Positions 57,265-64,000 of a DNA stretch of 64,000 nucleotides are shown here, piece by piece (position 1 is the first letter of the stretch; each line of letters opens with the position of its first letter). The notes beneath the pieces were generated by a model. The model saw only the letters and a program-made list of their open reading frames with translations, did not search any database and was not told the origin of the DNA. The stretch covers positions 4,736,001 through 4,800,000 of the forward strand of contig CM000151.3 in the NCBI GenBank assembly GCA_000004695.1, in the 5' to 3' direction. The DNA is from Dictyostelium discoideum. Lineage: Eukaryota. Position numbers and translations under genes: made by a program.

Positions 57265-58748
57265 TATTGGATCATTATAAATTGATAAAATCTTACTATT
57301 ATTTTCAGTATTTTCATTATCTAAAGGTTTCATAAATTTACCTCTAACCCAAACTCTATACATTGAAATCATTCTTTTTCTATTTCTTAATTCTCTTGTA
57401 TCATATTTTGAAACCAAAGTTTTAAAACCAGCAGCTTCAAATATTTCACTTAATACTTGAGTTGTAAAGAAATAAGTTCTAGTGCCATCTGCACGTAAAT
57501 AAAAGTTTTCATCAATCTTTTTACCTTTTTTTGAAATGAATCTTAATTGTGTCATATCATATAACCCATAATCTCTAATATATAATACACCACCTGGTTT
57601 TAATGACTAAAAAAATAAATAATAATAATAATAATAATTAGTAAATATTTATTAATGAGATTAATAAATAATTGTATAATTTAATATATATATATATATA
57701 TATATATTTACTTTAAATAATGAATTTGCAACAGCATGCATTTTATCTCTAGAGATTGCAGATAAAACGAAAATCATTAACATCATATCTATTGAATTAT
57801 CTTTAACTATTGAAGTTGGAATTTGTTCAGTTGCAATATCACAAACGAATGCATTTAATTTGGCTTCATTGTAGAGTGAATTTGATTTAACTAAATTGAC
57901 AGCATGTGGTGAGAAATCGAAAACATAGAAATACTTTTCAGGATTTAATTTTAATAATGGATAAACAGTTGCACCTGTACCACAACCAATCTCCAACACT
58001 GTTAATTTCTTACTCTCATCATTTGTTAACTCTTGAATATCTTTAACCCATCGATTTTTCAATTCTTTAATATCAACATTTTTAGATAATAAATTTGCCA
58101 TCTTTTTCTCTCTTTCTTTTTCTTGTTTTTCTAAATCATCTTTATCTTGATATAAATTATCACTACCACCACCACCACCACCATTCTCTGCACCTTCAGC
58201 AGCAGCATCATCATCTTCAAAAAATATAAAAGTTTCATCTCTTGTAATTTTTAATGGATTTAATTCTGGAAATTCTAAATGTAAATAAGTTCTATCTTTA
58301 AAGAATTTATTTTGATTCTTTTTATAAAATTTATCCCAATAATCCATTGCATTATCTTCATGATGAATTTTATCCTCTTCACCAATTATATCTGTTTCTT
58401 TTTCTGTAATTGATTTTGCAATCTTTTAAATTTTATAATAAAAATAATTAATATTGTTATTGTTATTGTTATTGTTATTGTTATTGTTATTGTTATTGTT
58501 ATTGTTATTGTTGTTGTTGTTTTTTTTATTATTTTAAAAAAGTAAATAATTAAGTTAAAGTTGGCACATACAGATTCTCTAACACTATCCCAATCGACAT
58601 CAGCCCAAGATGTTTCAGTTTGAATTTCTTCAACAACTTGTTTCTCTTTATCTTCACAAAATTTATAATTTACATCTGTCCATGATCTCTTTGAACCAAC
58701 TGTTGGTTCATCATTGGTGATATCACCATTTGAGGTTTTATTATTCAT
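57181..58748 (-). CDS. METTL2/METTL6/METTL8-family methyltransferase (tRNA N3-methylcytidine methyltransferase homologue), 437 aa. Three exons: 58748..58572, 58422..57712 and 57606..57181.
   Basis: Exon 1 (...SWADVDWDSVRES) ends at GTATGT at 58571. The acceptor ttaaaAG at 58424-58423 gives IAKSITEKETDIIGEEDKIHHEDNAMDYWDKFYKKNQNKFFKDRTYLHLEFPELNP (cf. METTL2 [29 protein letters not shown]). The SAM motif is LEIGCGTGATVYPLL. Exon 2 ends ...SLFK at GTAAAT at 57711. The acceptor ttttttAG at 57608-57607 gives SLKPGGVLYIRDYGLYDMTQLRFISKKGKKIDENFYLRADGTRTYFFT...MYRVWVRGKF (cf. [23 protein letters not shown]...YVRGDGTRVYFFT...MYRVWIQCKY). The introns are 143 bp (containing (TGTTAT)n) and 105 bp. Confidence 0.85.
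58452..58518. repeat. (TGTTAT)n hexanucleotide repeat of ~10 units inside intron 1 of the METTL2-like gene.
   Basis: tgttattgttattgttattgtt... Confidence 0.9.
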
Positions 58749-58801
58749 TTTTTAAAATTAAAAAAATAATAAAAAAAATAAAAAACCTAAAGTGAAAAAT
58801 G

Positions 58802-58854
<53 letters not shown>

Positions 58855-59237
58855 AAAAACGAAAAAAAAAAAAATAAAAAAAAAAATAATTATAATAAAA
58901 TAAAAATTAAAATTTAATTTTAAAACCTTTTTTGTTATAATTAATTGAATTCTAAAATCAATAATTTTGGAAAAAAAAAAAAAAAAAAAAAAACAAAATA
59001 AATAATAAGAAGGCAATAAATTGATTTACATAATGAAAATTATTGTTTAATAATTTGGAAATTAATTAAAAAATAAATAAATAAATAAAAATAAAATGAA
59101 TTAAAACTTTTAAAAAAAAAAAATTTAGATATTTTGGAAAATCTAAACATTGAGTAAATTAAATTTCTATTTATAATTATAACCCAACACAAAAATTGGT
59201 AAATTTTATTATAATTAAAATTTGGTGTATATTAATT

Positions 59238-59277
<40 letters not shown>

Positions 59278-60019
59278 CTCAAAAAAAATAAAAAAAAAAA
59301 TTTAACTTTTTTGAAAAAAAAAAAAATAAAAAATAAAAAATAAAAAAAAAATAAAAAAATAACCTTCCTTAAATAGCCGATTAATGAAATGTGTCAAAAA
59401 AAAAAAAAATAGAAACAAACTGATTTTTTTCGTCATACCTTTTTATAAGCGACAACATGTGTTTTTATTTTTTTTTTTTTTATTTTTTTTTTTATTAAGT
59501 AATTATGAGTTTCTCGAATTTAATTAAATTTTAACAACACCGGGTGTAAAAAAAAAAAAAACAAAACAAAACATTTGTCACTTAATAAAAAAAATTAAAA
59601 AAAAATTATTTTTCACCAAACTTTGTGAAAGGAAATTGGTGCAGGTCAACGTAGTGGAAAAAAAAAAAAAAAAGTAAATCTTTCCCCAAAAAATTATTAT
59701 AATAAAGATCACCACTACCTCATATTTTTAACTCATTATCTAAACGCATTTATTTTATTTTTTTTTATTTATTTATTATTTTTTTTTCTAAAAAAATAAA
59801 AAATAAAAAAAAATAAAAATAAAAAATAAAAAATAAAAAAATATATACCCCCCATCAAAAAAAATAAATAAATAAATAAATAAAAAAATAAATAAAAGAA
59901 AAAAAAAAATAAATACACCCCCATTATCAAAAAAAAAAAAAATAAAAATAAAAAATAAAAAAAAAAAAATTAATATTTAATAAAACTACTTTCAAAAAAA
60001 TTATATATAAATAATAACA

Positions 60020-60021
60020 AA

Positions 60022-60064
<43 letters not shown>
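60020..60064. repeat. (AAAT)n microsatellite upstream of the metallophosphoesterase gene.
   Basis: aaataaataaataaataaat... Confidence 0.85.
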
Positions 60065-60066
<2 letters not shown>

Positions 60067-60096
60067 AATTAATAATCATAAAAATTAATTAAAAAA

Positions 60097-60408
60097 ATGA
60101 TTTTAATCTATAAAAATGATTTTAATATAATTAATTTTAAAAAACCGACTCAATTATTTAATAAAATTATATTTTTATTAATTTTAATTATTTCATTAAT
60201 TATACCAATTAATCAGTGTCAAAGTATAAATACAAATATAAATACAAATAATAAAGAAAATAGACCAAAATTAAAATTTAATAAAAATGGTAAATTCAAA
60301 ATTGTTCAATTTACAGATCTCCATTATGGAGAAGCTCAAGAATATGATATTTTAAATTTAATTGTACAAGGTAAATTATAAAATTAATTAATTAATTATA
60401 CCATATGA

Positions 60409-60439
<31 letters not shown>

Positions 60440-61482
60440 TATTTATTTTTTATTTTTTATTTTTTATTTTTTTAGAAAATGTAATTGAAAAAGAATTACC
60501 AGATTTTGTAATGCTATCAGGTGATATGTTTAGTGCATATAATATAATGACAAGTGAAGAGTATTTAGTATTATGGGAAATGGTGACAAGGTCAATGAGA
60601 AAGAGAAATATACCATGGGCAATTACATTTGGTAATCATGATTGTGAAGGACCATTAGGTGGTAGGGAAATCGTTAAAATGGATCAATCATATAGTAACT
60701 TATCTTTAACACAGGAGAATATCGATCCCACTATACCAGGTATTACAAACTATAATTTAAAAATTTATTCAAGTGATGACACAAGTTCATCAATTTCATC
60801 GTCAATATTCATATTTGACAGTGACTTGCCACAATGCAATGAAAGTGGTTCGTGGGGGTGTGTAGATGCGAAGCAGGTGGAATGGTATGAAAAAGAGTCA
60901 GACCAAATGGGTGGTGGTGGTGGTGGTAATATATCAAGTATAGCATTTGTACATATACCACCAGTTGAGGTGATTGATTTATGGAATGAGAATGTGGTCA
61001 AGGGTGATTTCGGGGATAAGGAATCCTGTTGTTATTATACAGATGAATCTGAATTTGTTTCAACTATGGTCAGACGTGGTGATATTAAAGGCTTGTATTT
61101 CGGCCACGATCATAAAAATGATTTTCATGGGGTATATCAAAACTCTGTTGAATTGGGGTATGGTAGAAAATCTGGATACGGTTCATATAATCCAAAATAT
61201 TTAGAAGGTGCTAGAATCATTGAATTGACTGAACAACCTTTTTCAATTAAAACTTGGATTAGAAATGTAAATGGAGAATTGGAAACACAACAAACTCATT
61301 ATCCAAATCCGTATAGTCAATCACCACGTTATTGTTGCACTCATGAAGATCACCAAAATGAATCATCTTGGACATTATTCTTAATTGGTTATTGCTCAAC
61401 TGTTATTATTGTTTCAATTATATTTTATATTAAACGTTCAAAATCAAATCAAAATCAATCATATAATCTTATTCAATTATAA
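60097..61482 (+). CDS. Calcineurin-like metallophosphoesterase (Dcr2-like phosphatase) with a signal/anchor N-terminus and a C-terminal TM helix, 426 aa. Two exons: 60097..60370 and 60476..61482.
   Basis: Exon 1 (...IIFLLILIISLIIPINQC...KFKIVQFTDLHYGEAQEYDILNLIVQ+g) ends at GTAAAT at 60371. The acceptor tttttAG at 60474-60475 gives phase 1 ...IVQENVIEKELPDFVMLSGDMF.... The metallophosphoesterase signature blocks are present: DLHYG, GDMF, GNHD, FVHIPP, GHDH. The C-terminal helix is WTLFLIGYCSTVIIVSIIFYI. The intron is 105 bp. Confidence 0.8.
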
Positions 61483-61967
61483 AAAAATATTTGAATAAGA
61501 ACAAAAAAAAAAAAAAAAAAATTTTATTCTAAAAATAAAAATTTTATATTGTAAATAGAAAAATAAATATTCTTTTTTTCTTTATTTTTTATGTGTATTG
61601 TTTTTTTTTTGGGTACTTGTAATACTACAAAAGAAATAAAAAAAAAAAAAAAAAAAAAAATTGATTATTGTAAATAGAATAATAAATTTAAATGTTCTTT
61701 TTTACAATTTAATTTTTTTTATTTTAATTTTTATTGTTTTTTTGGAAAATTTTATTATTTTCCAAAAAAAAAAAAAAATCTTTTTTTTTTTGGGAATCTG
61801 AATTTGGAAAAAAAAAAGATATTTTTATAAAATTTAATTTTAAAATAAAAAAAAAATAAAAAAAAAAAAAAATTTATTCAATTTTTCATACAAAAATTTT
61901 TTTTTACTTTTATTTTTTTTTTTTAAAAGCTCACAGAGGAAAAAAAAAAGAAATAATAAAAGAAAAA

Positions 61968-62469
61968 ATGTTTTTTTATAAAATAATTTATTTTATTGGT
62001 TTTCCATATATTGTATTAAGATTAATAGTATCAATAATTTTACCAATTGCATCACTTTATTTCATTTATTGTAATTTCATTGCACCAAAGTTACGTGAAA
62101 AACCAGAATCATCATATAAAAATAAAGTTGTAATTATTACTGGTGCAAGTTCAGGTATTGGTGCTGAACTTGCTAAAAAATATGCAAGATTAGGTTGTAA
62201 GTAAGTATCATAATTATCATTATTTAAATTTAAACGATAAAAACATATTTATTAATAAAAATAAAAAAATAAAAATAGAGTTACAATTGTAGCAAGAAGA
62301 TTAGACCAATTAGAAAAAGTAAAGTCAAGTTTTTTAAAGGACTATTCAAGAGTTAATGATGATGATATTTTAGTAATTAAAGGTGATTTAACTTTAATTG
62401 ATGATTGCAAGTGAGTATAATTTTCAAAAAATAATTATTTAATTTATTAATGTGTTTGAATTTTATTTT

Positions 62470-62504
<35 letters not shown>

Positions 62505-63094
62505 TTAGAAATATGGTTGAAAAAGTTATTGAAAAATGGTCAAAAATTGATATTTGTGTTTGGAATGCAGGATCAGGATCATTGATTGAATTTAGTAAAC
62601 TTCAAGGTGATATTTCAATTTATAGGGATAATATGGAATTAAATTATTTCTCATTAGTTAATTGTACACATTTAGTTTATAAATATTTAGAGCAATCACA
62701 TGGTAGTATTATTGTAATCTCATCATTGGCTGGTAAATTTGGTACTGCTTTACGTACATCCTATAGTTCAAGTAAACATGCCGTTATGGGATTCTTTAAT
62801 TCACTTAGAAATGAAACTAAAAACATTCAAATTACAATCGTTTGTCCAGGTTTCATTTTAACAGAATTTCATGATAATCTTAAAACTTTAGATGGTAAAC
62901 AAGTCGAGAGAAATAAAGGTAATTTTATGACAGCATCCCAATGTGCAAATGAAATCATTTTAGCTGAACGTCAAGGTATTCGTGAATTAATCCAAACTGC
63001 AAAAGGTAGAGTTGGTAATTATCTTCAAGCAATTTTCCCAGAATTAATTGAATTCTTAACTCATAAATTTGCAAGTTCATCTGTTAAAAAATAA
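61968..63094 (+). CDS. Short-chain dehydrogenase/reductase (classical SDR, 11-beta-HSD/DHRS7-like) with an N-terminal membrane anchor, 316 aa. Three exons: 61968..62200, 62279..62410 and 62509..63094.
   Basis: TGASSGIGAELAKKYARLGC+aa ends at GTAAGT at 62201. The acceptor aaaatAG at 62277-62278 gives KVTIVARRLDQLEKV...LTLIDDC+aa. GTGAGT lies at 62411, and the acceptor tatattAG at 62507-62508 gives KNMVEKVIEKWSKIDICVWNAGSG...SSLAGKFGTALRTSYSSSKHAV (TGxxxGxG, NAG and YxxxK motifs). The phases are consistent (2/2). The introns are 78 and 98 bp. Confidence 0.85.
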
Positions 63095-63223
63095 ATATAA
63101 AAATAATAAATAATAATAAATAATAATAAATAATAATAAAGTATAATAAATAATATTGTACATAAAACTTTTATTTTTTTGTTTTTAGTTTTTTTTTTTT
63201 TTTAATACAAAGATTTTAATCTT

Positions 63224-64000
63224 TTAATCTTTAATTTCAACAACATATTCTGGTGAGAATTTACCATAAACACCTTTAGTTTCACCTTCCCATTCTTTTG
63301 GACTATTCTTTTTGAAAACATAAACAAGATCATCTCTAATTAAAGTTAATGTAGCATTATTAGTAGGAATACAATCTTTAATGACACGACAAGTTGCTAA
63401 AATTGGATTTGAATCAAATGCATCTTCATCATCCCAATCATCATCATCATCATTTTTTGGTTTTGGTGTTGGAGTTGGTGCTGCTGGTCTTGAAACTGGT
63501 GTTGGTTTTGATACTGGTGTTGGTGCTGGTGCTCCTGCACTAGTTGATGTTAATGGTCTTGGTGCTGGTTTTGGTACACCAGTAGTTGTAGGTACTGGAG
63601 TAGTTGTAGTTCCTGCTGCTATTAAAATATTAAAATTAAAATTTATTTATTTGATTAGTTTAAATTTTTTTTTTTTTAAAAAAAAAAAGAAACAACATAC
63701 GTTTTAATGGAGCACCTGCTGGTTTTAATGGTGATGGAGTTGGAGCACCTGCTGGTTTTAATGGTGATGAAGTTGGTGCACCTGCTGGTTTTAATGGTGA
63801 TGGGGTTGGTGCACCTGCTGGTTTCAATGGTGATGAAGTTGGTGGTGCACCTGCTGGTTTCAATGGTGAACCTGCTGGTTTTAATGGTGATGAAGTTGGT
63901 GGTGCTGCACCTGTTGGTGGAGCTGGTGTTGGTCTAGCTGCAACTGGTGGTGGTGTAGTAGTGGTACCAACTTTAGCGCCAAATGGTGATGGTTTTAATG
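63224..64000 (-). CDS. Partial (5' end outside the window) Pro-rich repeat protein with a C-terminal SH3 domain. Last exon 63618..63224, preceding exon 63702..>64000.
   Basis: The upstream exon encodes six or more tandem 11-aa units, SPLKPAGAPT(S/P)S, from a 33-bp DNA repeat, and ends ...GAPLK+c at GTATGT at 63701. The acceptor ttaatAG at 63620-63619 gives PAGTTTTPVPTTTGVPKPAPRPL...NDDDDDWDDEDAFDSNPILATCRVIKDCIPTNNATLTLIRDDLVYVFKKNSPKEWEGETKGVYGKFSPEYVVEIKD* (an SH3 fold). The intron is 83 bp. Confidence 0.7.

Noticed and set aside
58741-59016. 91-aa poly-Phe ORF and similar A/T-tract ORFs (38030..38215, 38554..38817, 39062..39253, 39471..39710, 40888..41103, 42544..42780, 50580..50804, 51010..51195, 52587..52778)
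   Set aside because: These are homopolymer A/T spacer sequences. The hydrophobic or K-rich 'proteins' are compositional artefacts. Several start at TTG/GTG pseudo-starts.

Overview
This window is nuclear genomic DNA from a Dictyostelium-type social amoeba, most likely Dictyostelium discoideum. It has about 20-25 % GC overall and near-pure A/T intergenic spacers. Introns are short (67-162 bp, one about 314 bp) with GTAAGT/GTATGT donors, A/T-rich bodies and AG acceptors. Coding trinucleotide repeats produce very long poly-N, poly-Q and poly-E tracts. The ORF track mostly shows single exons, so I reconstructed splice junctions by hand from donor/acceptor motifs, phase continuity and similarity to known families. 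I find about 19 protein-coding genes. The ones I can assign are:
- a 3763-aa secreted giant protein of the colossin type, with an EGF-like Cys-rich module, a Pro/Thr linker and about 16 CnaB/SdrD-B-like repeats;
- a TCF25/Rqc1 ribosome-quality-control factor;
- a Kelch+BTB (LZTR1-like) protein;
- a U4/U6 snRNP Prp3 homologue without a PWI domain;
- a C2-like RasGAP;
- a USP deubiquitinase with an N-terminal zinc ribbon;
- a divergent aquaporin with NPS/NIA motifs;
- alpha-L-fucosidase (alfA);
- a tandem-BRCT protein;
- a METTL2/6/8-type tRNA m3C methyltransferase;
- a Dcr2-like metallophosphoesterase;
- a membrane-anchored short-chain dehydrogenase;
- a partial SH3/Pro-repeat gene.
The rest are lineage-specific hypothetical proteins, a 7TM membrane protein and some uncertain small ORFs. 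I found no tRNA, rRNA, snRNA or CRISPR signal. The most unusual non-genic structure is a roughly 1.5 kb cluster (51.35-52.9 kb) of at least 6 copies of a 200-280 bp non-coding element in both orientations. It carries a conserved GC-rich ~50-nt core and includes a ~99 % identical, ~200-bp-arm palindrome. It is preceded by a ~190-bp GC-rich island that ends in a T-run. Other repeat structure includes a duplicated gene 3' end/3'UTR flanking a long hairpin (20.8-21.7 kb), a MITE-like unit with 24-bp terminal inverted repeats among several palindromes (17.5-18.1 kb), and many microsatellites, one of which abuts a start codon.
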